From Bacteroidota bacterium (GTDB taxonomy: Bacteria > Bacteroidota > Bacteroidia > UKL13-3), in assembly GCA_027488905.1 (NCBI GenBank), contig JAIYAT010000010.1, positions 213,061-277,060 of the forward strand: a DNA stretch of 64,000 bases. The letters run 5' to 3'. The notes under the pieces are model-generated. The model worked only from the letters and a program-made list of their open reading frames with translations. It was not told the origin of the DNA and did no database searches. This document shows, in pieces, positions 49,669 to 59,738 of the stretch (positions within the stretch are counted from its first letter, which is position 1; every line of letters starts with the position of its first letter). Both the position numbers and the translations under genes were made by a program.

Positions 49669-50904
49669 ATGGCAAAGAAAAAGGAAGATCAATGCTCTTT
49701 CTGCGGGCGTAACCGCAGTGAAGTCAACTATTTAATTTCTGGTTTAGACGCATTAATTTGTGAGAATTGCATTGGTCAAGCCTTCAGAATTATCAATGAA
49801 GACAAAGAAGGTGGCCAAAAGGAACCTGTTGTTGCTGCTTTAAAAAACCTTAAACCGGCTGAAATTAAGGCGCATTTAGATGAATACGTGATTGGGCAAG
49901 AAGATGCAAAAAAAGTTTTAAGTGTGGCTGTTTACAACCATTTTAAGCGGATTTCGGCAGTTAAAACAAATACAGATATTGAGTTAGAGAAGTCTAATAT
50001 ATTGATGGTTGGAGAAACAGGAACAGGTAAAACCTTGCTTGCAAAAACGCTTGCAAAAATTTTACAAGTGCCTTTTTGCATTGCAGATGCTACAGTTCTT
50101 ACAGAGGCAGGTTATGTTGGAGAAGACGTAGAAAGTCTTCTCTCTAGATTGCTTCAAGCTGCAAATTATGATGTTGCCGCCGCAGAAAGAGGAATTGTAT
50201 ACATTGATGAAATTGATAAAATAAGTCGCAAAAGTGATAATCCTTCTATCACCAGAGATGTTAGTGGTGAAGGAGTTCAACAAGCTTTATTGAAAATTTT
50301 AGAAGGTACCATAGCTAACGTCCCACCCCAAGGTGGACGAAAGCACCCTGAACAAAAGATGATTCAAATAAATACCGAGAATATCTTATTTATTTGCGGT
50401 GGAGCTTTTGATGGCATTGATAAAATGATTGCTCGAAGATTGCAAACACAAGCGATTGGGTTCAAATCTTTAGACCCTTTAAAATCTCAAGATAAAGAAA
50501 ATTTCTTGCAATATATTTCGGCGGCAGATTTAAGAACCTTTGGCCTAATTCCTGAAATTATTGGAAGATTGCCTGTAATCTGTCATTTGGATCCTCTCAA
50601 TAAAGAAATACTAAAAAGGATTCTGGTTGAACCAAAGAACGCGCTCATCAAACAATATATTCATTTATTTAAAATTGAAGATATTCAATTGACTTTTGAA
50701 GATACAGTAATTGATTTAATTGTTGAAACAGCATTTGAGCTTAAATTAGGAGCAAGAGGCCTTCGTAGTATTTGTGAAGCCCTAATGATTGATTATATGT
50801 ATGATGCCCCTTCAAATATTGACCAAAAGGATATTGTAATTACACTAAAAGAGGCTCAGCAGAAAATGGAATTGGTTAAACTTAAGAATTTTCAGGCTGC
50901 TTAA
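49669..50904 (+). CDS. clpX: Clp protease ATP-binding subunit ClpX
   Basis: CSFCG zinc finger, [30 protein letters not shown]. Confidence 0.98.
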   Translation: MAKKKEDQCSFCGRNRSEVNYLISGLDALICENCIGQAFRIINEDKEGGQKEPVVAALKNLKPAEIKAHLDEYVIGQEDAKKVLSVAVYNHFKRISAVKTNTDIELEKSNILMVGETGTGKTLLAKTLAKILQVPFCIADATVLTEAGYVGEDVESLLSRLLQAANYDVAAAERGIVYIDEIDKISRKSDNPSITRDVSGEGVQQALLKILEGTIANVPPQGGRKHPEQKMIQINTENILFICGGAFDGIDKMIARRLQTQAIGFKSLDPLKSQDKENFLQYISAADLRTFGLIPEIIGRLPVICHLDPLNKEILKRILVEPKNALIKQYIHLFKIEDIQLTFEDTVIDLIVETAFELKLGARGLRSICEALMIDYMYDAPSNIDQKDIVITLKEAQQKMELVKLKNFQAA

Positions 50905-50956
50905 AACTTATTCAACTTAGAAAATGTTTTACTGACAATTAATTAAATAAATTGTC

Positions 50957-51841
50957 ATGAAATCTATTTATCACTTTGCAGCACTTTTATTAGTTACTTT
51001 TTTATCTTCTTGCGCCACTATTCTTCAAGATGAAGTGGCTGTTAAACGTACTCTTGGAAAGCTAAATGATCATATTTATCCTTCAGGAGTTAGGTTTTTT
51101 AATCCCTTTTTATCTAAAATGATTAGGGTTCCAATTAATACTATCAACCTTGAAATCAATGTTGGACTTCCTTCAAAAGAGGGATTGACAGTTCAGTCTG
51201 AAATATCAATTTTGTATAAAGTTAAAACCAGTGAGGTTCATAATATTTTAAAGTATACTGGACTAAATTATCAAGGGGTTTTAATTCTGCCTGTATTTAG
51301 GTCTGCATCTGCAGATGTTTGTTCTATGTTTGATGCAAAAGACATGCATAGTTCAAAACGTGCGCAAATCGAAACCAAAATCAAAGAAAGAATGATGGAG
51401 GTTTTGGAAGCCAAAGGATTTATCATAGAGGCCGTCCTCTTAAAATCTATTGTTTTACCTCAAGGTTTGTCTAAGGCTATAGAAGAAAAACTACAAGCTG
51501 AGCAAGATGCTCAACGCATGGAGTTTTTGAAAGACAGAGAAAAAAGAGAGGCAGAACGTAAGGTTTTACAAGCCGAAGGGGATAAAAACTCCAAAATTAT
51601 TGCTGCAGAAGGACAGAAACGAATTTTAGAATTGGAGGCTGAAGGAAGAGCAAATGCTACCAAAATAGAGGCAGATGCAAATGCTAAAGCAAATGACATG
51701 TTAGAAAAAAGCCTTACACCACAAATTTTAAAGTTTAAGCAAATAGATGCCTTTAGGAGTTTGTCTACTTCTCCAAATACTAAAACTATTATCACTGATG
51801 GAAAAACTCCCTTGATTGGGTTGCCTGCAGATGGCAAATAA
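50957..51841 (+). CDS. SPFH/prohibitin-family lipoprotein
   Basis: Lipobox LSSC, PSKEGL, AIE.KL.AEQ, EAE repeats. Confidence 0.9.
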   Translation: MKSIYHFAALLLVTFLSSCATILQDEVAVKRTLGKLNDHIYPSGVRFFNPFLSKMIRVPINTINLEINVGLPSKEGLTVQSEISILYKVKTSEVHNILKYTGLNYQGVLILPVFRSASADVCSMFDAKDMHSSKRAQIETKIKERMMEVLEAKGFIIEAVLLKSIVLPQGLSKAIEEKLQAEQDAQRMEFLKDREKREAERKVLQAEGDKNSKIIAAEGQKRILELEAEGRANATKIEADANAKANDMLEKSLTPQILKFKQIDAFRSLSTSPNTKTIITDGKTPLIGLPADGK

Positions 51842-51845
51842 ATAA

Positions 51846-52868
51846 TTACTTAACAAATAATTGCATAAGGGAGGCCCTTAAAAGGTCTCCCATATTTTTT
51901 GCTTTCAAAAATCGGGGCGATTTATAATAATTGGCAAGCTCTGTTTTTAACTGGATAACATTACTCTCTGGTGCAATTTCATCTTTTTGCATCGCAGCTA
52001 ATAGGTTATGAATTGGCCAACGAGCCGCGCGCATTCTGCTTAACATCATGGCTCTTTCTTCACTTTGATATTGTTCTATACTTTCTTTGCTTAAGTACTT
52101 TTTTACAAGGTCTACAAAACTTTGATTCTGTTTGTAAAACTGCGGCAGATAGATGTTTTTTCGGCCTTCAAAGCATTGTTGGTCGAAATCAATAGGTCTT
52201 ATTCTGTAATTTGTTTCATCAAAATCCGGTGTTATTTGTACCACAAAGTTTGATGAATGCATATCTCCCAAAAGTCTAATTAGACATCTTTCATTAAATT
52301 TTACAAATTCTTTGGCAACACGAGTAGCATTAAAATTATCTATATTTAGGTAGTTTTTAATGAACTCATCACCAGGAATGCCCGCAATATGCTCTTCAAT
52401 TAAGGTATCTCCACTCACCAAATAGCTTATTCGATTTGGAGAGAGTAAATGTTCTAATTCAAGCCCGTAAATTCTGGATGCATCAGCATTTTTAACATAA
52501 AAGTAATCAAAATTATCATTCATTTTATTGATTACTCGAATTCTAAAAGGCATTGTGTTTCCATACAAACAACTGTCAATTCTATCTACACGCAGGTGAT
52601 CAACAACACGTAAGTCACCGCCAACTTTTAACAAAGCATAAATTTGAAGTAACTGTAAATGAATTTGTTGTTGCTCTTCTGGTCCAAATATGCAGGTTTC
52701 CCAAAGGGTGTCCTTTCCTTTCTTATCATATAATGCTACACTGTCTCTATAGTTTTTTAAATCTGGATAATGAATAGGAATATCCGTGCTTCTGCCATGT
52801 CCTTTAAGATAAATTCGAAGGTGATTTCCTATTTTGTAGGTTAGTTTTTTTTTGCTGATATGTGGCAT
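51846..52868 (-). CDS. Hypothetical protein with atypical protein/lipid-kinase-like motifs
   Basis: YFYVK, LELEH, LLGDMHSSNF, IDFDQ. Confidence 0.75.
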   Translation of the reverse strand: MPHISKKKLTYKIGNHLRIYLKGHGRSTDIPIHYPDLKNYRDSVALYDKKGKDTLWETCIFGPEEQQQIHLQLLQIYALLKVGGDLRVVDHLRVDRIDSCLYGNTMPFRIRVINKMNDNFDYFYVKNADASRIYGLELEHLLSPNRISYLVSGDTLIEEHIAGIPGDEFIKNYLNIDNFNATRVAKEFVKFNERCLIRLLGDMHSSNFVVQITPDFDETNYRIRPIDFDQQCFEGRKNIYLPQFYKQNQSFVDLVKKYLSKESIEQYQSEERAMMLSRMRAARWPIHNLLAAMQKDEIAPESNVIQLKTELANYYKSPRFLKAKNMGDLLRASLMQLFVK

Positions 52869-52929
52869 GTTCGGACGAATATAAAATAGGTTGTTTGAAA
52901 TTTACACTTAAATACTATTTTGCGTTTTA

Positions 52930-54336
52930 ATGGAGCACAAATTAAACGATCCAAAAATAACACGAGCTTGGTCTATGTACGACTGGGCCAATTCGGTATT
53001 TTCTTTAACCATTACCACTGCAATCTTTCCTCCATTTTTTGAAAGTGTGAGTAAATCGGCATCAATTGCTTCTGGAAATGCACTCAATGGCATTTACTAT
53101 ATTGACGTATTAGGATTTAAAGTGGTTAATTCTGCTTTGTATTCCTATGCAATTTCTTTTGGATTTTTATTGATTGCGCTAATTAATCCTTTTCTTTCTG
53201 GCATTGCAGATGCGCAACAATCCAAAAAGAAATTTATGAAATTCTTTTGCTATTTAGGTTCATTTAGCTGCATGTTATTGTATTTTTTTACACCAGACAA
53301 TCTTTGGTTTGGCCTCCTTTGTTTTATTTTGGGATTGTTTGGTTTTGGTGGAAGTATTGTGTTTTACAATGCTTTCCTCCCAGAAATTGCTACCGAAGAC
53401 CAATATGATTCTTTGAGTGCCAAGGGTTTTTCTTATGGGTACATTGGCAGTGTGCTATTGTTGTTAATAGATTTAGGTGTTATCTTAAATGCTGACAAGA
53501 TTTTTCCTGTGGCAGAGAAGGCCTCTGAATTAATGCAATCAAACCCATTACTTAATTTAGATGCTGCCTTAATTGAAGCAAAATCGTATTACAGCGGTGT
53601 TGCAAGCAAACTAGCTTTCGTAAGTGTTGGCGTTTGGTGGGCTGGGTTTGCCCAAATAACATTTAAAAGATTACCAGAAACCACTTTAAAACATGTGGGA
53701 GGGAAAGGAGCTTTAACCAAAGGAATCGAAGAGCTAAAGAAAGTTTTCCGCGAGATTCAGCTCCCCCAAAACAAAACAATTAAAATGTACTTGTTAGGTT
53801 TCTTTTTTAGCGCAATGGGTGTACAAACTGTTATGTATGTTGCTTCACTTTTTGGCAAACAAGAACTAAACATGGAATTAGGGAAGCTTATTGCAACTGT
53901 TTTGATTATTCAGATTATTGCTGTTCTCGGAGCGTGGAGTTTTTCTAAATTGTCTGCTAAAATTGGTAATATTTACACCTTGTTAATTATGATTGTGGTT
54001 TGGATTGGTATTACTCTTTCTGCCTATTTTGTTAATACGGATAATCAATTTTATGCACTAGCTGCAGCTGTTGGTATTGTAATGGGTGGCATACAAAGTA
54101 TGTCTAGAAGTACCTTTGCAAAACTAATTCCAGATGGCACCAAAGAAACAGCGTCCTATTTTAGCTTTTATGATGTCTGTGAAAAAATGGCTACTGTTTT
54201 AGGAACCTTTGCTTTTGGGTTAATTAATAACTTTACCGGGAATATGCGGTCTTCTGTTTTGGCTTTGTTGGTGTTCTTTATTATCGCTGGAATAATTTTG
54301 ATCCAAATCCCTAACTTTAAAGAAAAGCACCCTTAA
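52930..54336 (+). CDS. MFS transporter, UMF1/Atg22-like family
   Basis: AW.MYDWANS, FYNAFLPEIA, S.KGF..GYIG, GG.Q..SRS. Confidence 0.92.
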   Translation: MEHKLNDPKITRAWSMYDWANSVFSLTITTAIFPPFFESVSKSASIASGNALNGIYYIDVLGFKVVNSALYSYAISFGFLLIALINPFLSGIADAQQSKKKFMKFFCYLGSFSCMLLYFFTPDNLWFGLLCFILGLFGFGGSIVFYNAFLPEIATEDQYDSLSAKGFSYGYIGSVLLLLIDLGVILNADKIFPVAEKASELMQSNPLLNLDAALIEAKSYYSGVASKLAFVSVGVWWAGFAQITFKRLPETTLKHVGGKGALTKGIEELKKVFREIQLPQNKTIKMYLLGFFFSAMGVQTVMYVASLFGKQELNMELGKLIATVLIIQIIAVLGAWSFSKLSAKIGNIYTLLIMIVVWIGITLSAYFVNTDNQFYALAAAVGIVMGGIQSMSRSTFAKLIPDGTKETASYFSFYDVCEKMATVLGTFAFGLINNFTGNMRSSVLALLVFFIIAGIILIQIPNFKEKHP

Positions 54337-55055
54337 TGAAAATAGAACTTTTCATACCATGCTTTGTAGACCAAATTTCACCTGAAACTGGCTTTAACAT
54401 TGTTAAGGTTTTAGAAAAAGCTGGTTGCAAAGTTCATTACAATGTTGAACAAACGTGTTGCGGACAGCCTGCTTTTCATGCAGGTAGGTGGGAAGATGCA
54501 AGAGAAGTTGCAGAAAAATTACTCAACGAAGTTTCTCCAAATAATACATTGGTTTGTGGGGCAGCTTCCTGCACAGCTATGATTAGAAATTCTTATGACC
54601 TTCTGTTTCAGAATTCATCCTTTCATAATAAATATAGGCAACTCCAAAAGAAAAGCTTCGAATTAAGTGAATTTCTTATTGATGTTTTAAAGGTTGAATC
54701 TTTTGGGGCTTCCTTGCCTATTAAAGCTGTTTATATGGATTCTTGTCAGGCTTTAACACATTGCAATATCTCGGTTCAACCCAGAACACTGCTTAAAAAT
54801 GTGGAAGGATTAACTCTGCTAGAATTAAATGATAATGGCCAATGCTGCGGTTTTGGTGGAATTTTTTCGGTTAACTTTACCCATTTGAGCATCAATATGG
54901 GGGAACAAAAATTAAATAATATAATTGAACTTGGTGCAGAGGTTATAATTAGCAATGATTATGCTTGTTTGATGCATTTAGATGGTATAATTAAAAAGAA
55001 AGAATTGCCTATCAGGATTATGCATTTAGCTGATGTTTTGGCAAGTGGATGGTAA
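54336..55055 (+). CDS. CCG-domain Fe-S protein (LutA/YkgE-like)
   Basis: LFIPCFVDQ, QTCCGQPA, CCGFGG.FS, C.MH. Confidence 0.9.
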   Translation: MKIELFIPCFVDQISPETGFNIVKVLEKAGCKVHYNVEQTCCGQPAFHAGRWEDAREVAEKLLNEVSPNNTLVCGAASCTAMIRNSYDLLFQNSSFHNKYRQLQKKSFELSEFLIDVLKVESFGASLPIKAVYMDSCQALTHCNISVQPRTLLKNVEGLTLLELNDNGQCCGFGGIFSVNFTHLSINMGEQKLNNIIELGAEVIISNDYACLMHLDGIIKKKELPIRIMHLADVLASGW

Positions 55056-55058
55056 AAT

Positions 55059-56111
55059 ATGATTGTAACAAAAGAACAACTTCTCAAATTTTGTTTTGAA
55101 GTTTTTACGGCATGTGGTATGCCAAATGATGATGCAAACTTAGCCTCTGAGGTATTGGTGAGTGCTGATTTGCGAGGAATAGATTCGCATGGAGTTGCTC
55201 GATTGAGCGGCTACATTAGGTTGTGGGAGGCAAAACGTGCAAACCTTCAAGCAAACCCTAAAATAATTTATGAAACGCCTTCCACAGCAACCATAGATGC
55301 AGATGCCGGACTAGGTTTGGTTGTTGCCCCTTATGCCATGAAAGTGGCCATTGAGAAGGCAAAGCAAGTTGGAACAGGTTGGGTTGCTATAAAGAATTCT
55401 AATCATTTTGGCATAGCGGCTTACCATGCCATGATGGCTTTGGAAGAGGATATGATAGGGTTTAGTATGACAAATGCAAGCCCTTTGGTTGCGCCAACAA
55501 ATGCGATGGAACGCATGTTAGGAACCAACCCAATTTGTATTGCAGTTCCTGCCGGAAAAGAGCAACCCTTTGTGATTGATATGGCTACTTCTAATGCTGC
55601 AAATGGTAAGCTTGAAATTGCTCAAAGGGAAAATAAATCTATTCCATTGGGTTGGGTTCAAACCGAAACCGGTAAAGAAAGTACTGATGCAAATGAACTT
55701 AAAAAGGGAGGGGCTTTAATGCCTTTAGGAGGTCATAAGGGATATGGTTTGGGCGCTGCTGTTGATATTTTAAGTGCTGTTTTATCTGGTGCAAATTATG
55801 GTCCTTGGGTTCCTCCATTTGTTTCGTTTTTAAACCCATTGCCTAATTTACCAGGCCAAGGAATTGGGCACTTTGTGGGTGCCATGAGGGTAGATGCCTT
55901 TAGGCCAAAAGAAGATTTTAAAATGCATATGGACAATTGGATTCAAAGGTTCAAAGAAGCACAAAGAATAGACCCGGAAATTGAAGTATTAATCCCTGGT
56001 GAACCAGAATTTCGCATGCATCAAGAACGCTCAATCAATGGTTTCGGTTTGAACCAAAATGTTGCAAATGATTTAATGGATTTGGCGAAAAAGTTTAACT
56101 TAACCCTATAG
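55059..56111 (+). CDS. Ldh_2-family (malate/L-lactate-type) oxidoreductase
   Basis: ADLRGIDSHG, SNHFG, GTNP, DMATS, GGHKGYGL, PGE. Confidence 0.95.
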   Translation: MIVTKEQLLKFCFEVFTACGMPNDDANLASEVLVSADLRGIDSHGVARLSGYIRLWEAKRANLQANPKIIYETPSTATIDADAGLGLVVAPYAMKVAIEKAKQVGTGWVAIKNSNHFGIAAYHAMMALEEDMIGFSMTNASPLVAPTNAMERMLGTNPICIAVPAGKEQPFVIDMATSNAANGKLEIAQRENKSIPLGWVQTETGKESTDANELKKGGALMPLGGHKGYGLGAAVDILSAVLSGANYGPWVPPFVSFLNPLPNLPGQGIGHFVGAMRVDAFRPKEDFKMHMDNWIQRFKEAQRIDPEIEVLIPGEPEFRMHQERSINGFGLNQNVANDLMDLAKKFNLTL

Positions 56112-57005
56112 CCATTGTTTGCGTTTGAACCATTGAAAAATAAGAATGGTTACAAGAAGCATAAATATTAATATGGCTGGGTAACCATATTGGTAATGGA
56201 GTTCTGGCATAAATTCAAAGTTCATTCCATATACGCCAACAATAAACGTTAATGGTAAAAAGAAAGCCGAAAATACTGTAAGTATTCGCATCACTTCATT
56301 TGTTTTTTGAGAAGAAATGCTCAAATAAAGATGCAACAAAGATTGAACATCCTCATGCAGCTGTTCGGTAAAAACTTCCATGCGCAGATAATAATCTCGC
56401 ATGTCTTCAAAGTATGAATTCCTTTTGTAAGACAAATGCATATTGTCTACTACCATTTTAGAAACATAGTTAAGTCGCTTAAAAACATGAATTTGACGTT
56501 TAAGCAAATACAAGTTTTTAAGTAAGTCTGGCGTTCGCTTTTTCAAAAATATCTTACTCTCAAAATTGCTTATGGTTTCATCAATGCTATTTAAAGGTTC
56601 TTCAAAAGTTTCAAAAGCATTTTTTACAATTTTACAGGATAAGTCAAATGGGTGTTTCATTTTAGCGGTATTGCAATACTTTTGAGCTACCTTATCTAGT
56701 AGTTCAAATTTGCTTCTATGAATGGTTAAGATAAATTCTGAATTGAAAAAGATTGCAACTTTTCTGGTCAATTTTTGAATGCTATCACTGTCTTGCTTGC
56801 AGTTTTGGTCATAAAAGCGTACAATTATGAAAAAATATTTTTCAAAAGATTCAAATTTTGGTAAATGTTCTGATTCTAAACAATCAATAACAGCTGCTTC
56901 TGGCAATTGGTATGTTTCGGCAAGTGCTCGCAATTCTTCTTCGGTAGGGTCATAAACATCAATCCAGTCAAATATATACCCAAGCGGTTTTAAATTGGTT
57001 TGCAT
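56106..57005 (-). CDS. corA: CorA-family Mg2+/Co2+ transporter
   Basis: NEVMR.LT, PLTFI.G.YGMNF..MPEL. Confidence 0.93.
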   Translation of the reverse strand: MQTNLKPLGYIFDWIDVYDPTEEELRALAETYQLPEAAVIDCLESEHLPKFESFEKYFFIIVRFYDQNCKQDSDSIQKLTRKVAIFFNSEFILTIHRSKFELLDKVAQKYCNTAKMKHPFDLSCKIVKNAFETFEEPLNSIDETISNFESKIFLKKRTPDLLKNLYLLKRQIHVFKRLNYVSKMVVDNMHLSYKRNSYFEDMRDYYLRMEVFTEQLHEDVQSLLHLYLSISSQKTNEVMRILTVFSAFFLPLTFIVGVYGMNFEFMPELHYQYGYPAILIFMLLVTILIFQWFKRKQWL

Positions 57006-57051
57006 AGCTAAAAATGGTACTTTTGTTTAATTAGAATTCAAAGAAAGTAAA

Positions 57052-59685
57052 ATGACTGATATGTTTGTCTTTAAAATAAAAAGTCTTTTCATCTGTTTAT
57101 TTATAGTAGGTTTATTTCAGCCAATTGCAAAAGGTCAAGCGATAATACCCAAAAAAGCGGGAATATGTTTTAGATTCGACGATTATCAAGACTCTAGCAA
57201 GATAGCCTCTGTTCTTCAATTATTTGATAAATACAATGGAAAGTTTACTTATGCAGCAAATGCTGGAATTGCAGAAATAGTAAGTAACCAGCAATTTTGG
57301 TCATTTCTCAGGACAATGCAAACCAACGGACATGAGGTTGCAGACCAAACCCCGTCGGATGTTTCACACTTTTTTGATGCAATAAATGCTACAGAAGCGA
57401 AGAAATACTTAGGCTTGCCAGGTGTGGATCATATCCGTGACGGTTCTAGACGTATTTGTTTAAAGTATACTGTCCTTGACAATTCCGGGACTGGGGATGA
57501 AGGTTTAGTAGATATTAAAGGTGACCTTATGATTAGTAAACAGCCAGGTGAATTTTCTAACCTTCGATTGTTTAATAATAAATTTGTAGTTGCTTTCTAT
57601 TTACCTGGTAGCGGGGAGCTAATTGGTTTTAGTGGATTCTCTAACCTAAATTCAAACGATCCTGATACTGCATTTTTAAGAGATTTTTGGTTTGAACCTA
57701 TCAATTTAGGAAACAGAAGTAATATCAATTACAATAAACTGTCACCTTATCAGCTTACAGTTGATAAGCAAGGACTTCAATTGATGTTAGAGTATTCCTC
57801 AAAATTGTTTGCCAAACATGGCGTTCAAATCCCAACTACCTTAGTGCATCCAGGCGGTTACCATCCATATGTAAGTTCATCAATAATAAAAGAAGTTTCA
57901 CAATCTATGGGTTTTACTGGCGCAGCCTCTTACCCAGCCAAAAGAAATTTTCTTACGTATTACAATCCTGCAGGCTTAAGACAATTTAACTTTCAAGGAG
58001 TTGATTTTACACCAGAAACGCAAACTGCAACTGAAATCAAAAAGATAATTGCCAATTTTTATGCCTTGAACCAAGTTGGCGTTTGCATTAACCATATGTC
58101 TTTTGGTGGCCCAATTAATTCTTTTAGCCAAATGCTTGCAAATATGGAAGAAGTATTGGTTTGGGCAAAAAGCAAACAAATTCCTGTTTTAACTTATAAA
58201 GATTGGACCAATCAGCTTGCTAATGGACATTATAACCCAGCCGAAGATATTTTTCCAGCTTTACAAAATGACTTAGACGGCAATGAAGAAATAGATGGTA
58301 TCGATTTAACCAATCCTAATTTTTTAGATAAAAATGCTGGCCTAGCCTATAATGCCAATTATGCCTTAACTACAAATAGTGTTTCAACTTTATTTTATAT
58401 CCAAAATCTTGGTGGCATCACAAAAGGCTTAAATACTTTCACCGTTTCTACCAGAGGTGGTAAAGATGCCTATGATTATTTTAGATTGCTTGTTTATTAT
58501 CCAGAATTAGGTACCACTCAGTTTTTCGATATACCAACCAATTCGATTGGTTTTTTAGAAAGAAAAGTAAGTTTCTATGTTCCAGAAGGTGTTACCTATT
58601 TAAACCTAACACTAAACTATAATACTGATAAAGCTACCCGAGCCTATGCAAGTGGTTTCAAACTCAATGCAGAACTTAAGCCTGTCATTAAACCAAGTAC
58701 CTTAGAGATAAACACCAATGAAATTGCTAAGCCAATTTCCTTAGATTCTTTTGCTTCTTGCGTAGGCTATACTTTTAATCAATTAAAATGGAGCGTACTT
58801 AAAAGTCCATTTTTATTTGATGCGAGCTTTGAAAATGGGAATAACCTAAAATTAGTTCCTAAATTCCAGAAATTCCCAATAACATTTGATTCAATCCAGT
58901 TGAGGGTAACTGCCCCAAATTCAAAAACTGATACTGCTTGGTTTTATATTAGAACAAAGCATGCTCAAATCTGTAATGGGCAAGTTACAACCATTAACTT
59001 TTCTCGGATTCCAAGTATAGAAAAGTCTTATAGTTGGTCGGCTCAAAACCAAGATCCCTTGTTTAGCAATACACAAGACTCGTTTATTTGGGTCAGACCA
59101 AGTAATAATAATTTATATACATTACAAGTTCAACCAATTAGCGGTAACCAAGTTAGCCATAGCATTCCAGTAAGTGTTATTCCAACTAGAATTGCTGGAT
59201 ACCCAAATGAAACCAAGCAGTTTTTAGGAGCTCAAACTGTAGCATTCAATTTAAACTATAACCCAGAATACCGAGTTTATTTTTATGAATTGCCACAAGC
59301 TGAGGCAAAAGTTACAATACAAGGGAAAAAGGTAATAGTTGGCAGAGATGTTAATTTTAGTGGAAATTTAGAAGTGAAGTTATTGGTGGTTAGTCCAACT
59401 TGTGAGGCCTATTTGCATAGTTTGAATGTAAATACATGGGCATTGGGGAATAATAAATTATTGCAACAAGAAGTTAAGGTTTACCCAAATCCAGCCCAAG
59501 CAATTATTTCAGTAAATGGGCTTTCAAATTTTGAAGCGGCCATTTATGATTTGCAAGGCAAGTGCATAAAAAGTTTCGGGTTGAACCAAACACTAGATAT
59601 TTCGGCTGTTGAAAATGGCATTTATGTGCTTAAATTGTCAAATGAAATAAGCGAATATGTGCAAAAAATAATCATTGCTCATTAA
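57052..59685 (+). CDS. T9SS-secreted protein with polysaccharide-deacetylase-like N-terminus
   Basis: Signal peptide, FRFDD, GHEV, HPGG; CTD VYPNPA...IYDLQGK...GIY.LK...KIII. Confidence 0.75.
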   Translation: MTDMFVFKIKSLFICLFIVGLFQPIAKGQAIIPKKAGICFRFDDYQDSSKIASVLQLFDKYNGKFTYAANAGIAEIVSNQQFWSFLRTMQTNGHEVADQTPSDVSHFFDAINATEAKKYLGLPGVDHIRDGSRRICLKYTVLDNSGTGDEGLVDIKGDLMISKQPGEFSNLRLFNNKFVVAFYLPGSGELIGFSGFSNLNSNDPDTAFLRDFWFEPINLGNRSNINYNKLSPYQLTVDKQGLQLMLEYSSKLFAKHGVQIPTTLVHPGGYHPYVSSSIIKEVSQSMGFTGAASYPAKRNFLTYYNPAGLRQFNFQGVDFTPETQTATEIKKIIANFYALNQVGVCINHMSFGGPINSFSQMLANMEEVLVWAKSKQIPVLTYKDWTNQLANGHYNPAEDIFPALQNDLDGNEEIDGIDLTNPNFLDKNAGLAYNANYALTTNSVSTLFYIQNLGGITKGLNTFTVSTRGGKDAYDYFRLLVYYPELGTTQFFDIPTNSIGFLERKVSFYVPEGVTYLNLTLNYNTDKATRAYASGFKLNAELKPVIKPSTLEINTNEIAKPISLDSFASCVGYTFNQLKWSVLKSPFLFDASFENGNNLKLVPKFQKFPITFDSIQLRVTAPNSKTDTAWFYIRTKHAQICNGQVTTINFSRIPSIEKSYSWSAQNQDPLFSNTQDSFIWVRPSNNNLYTLQVQPISGNQVSHSIPVSVIPTRIAGYPNETKQFLGAQTVAFNLNYNPEYRVYFYELPQAEAKVTIQGKKVIVGRDVNFSGNLEVKLLVVSPTCEAYLHSLNVNTWALGNNKLLQQEVKVYPNPAQAIISVNGLSNFEAAIYDLQGKCIKSFGLNQTLDISAVENGIYVLKLSNEISEYVQKIIIAH

Positions 59686-59738
59686 TTGGCAAGGTCTTGA
59701 TATTTTTCTTAATGGAGACTCCTCTAGAGTTTCAATAA

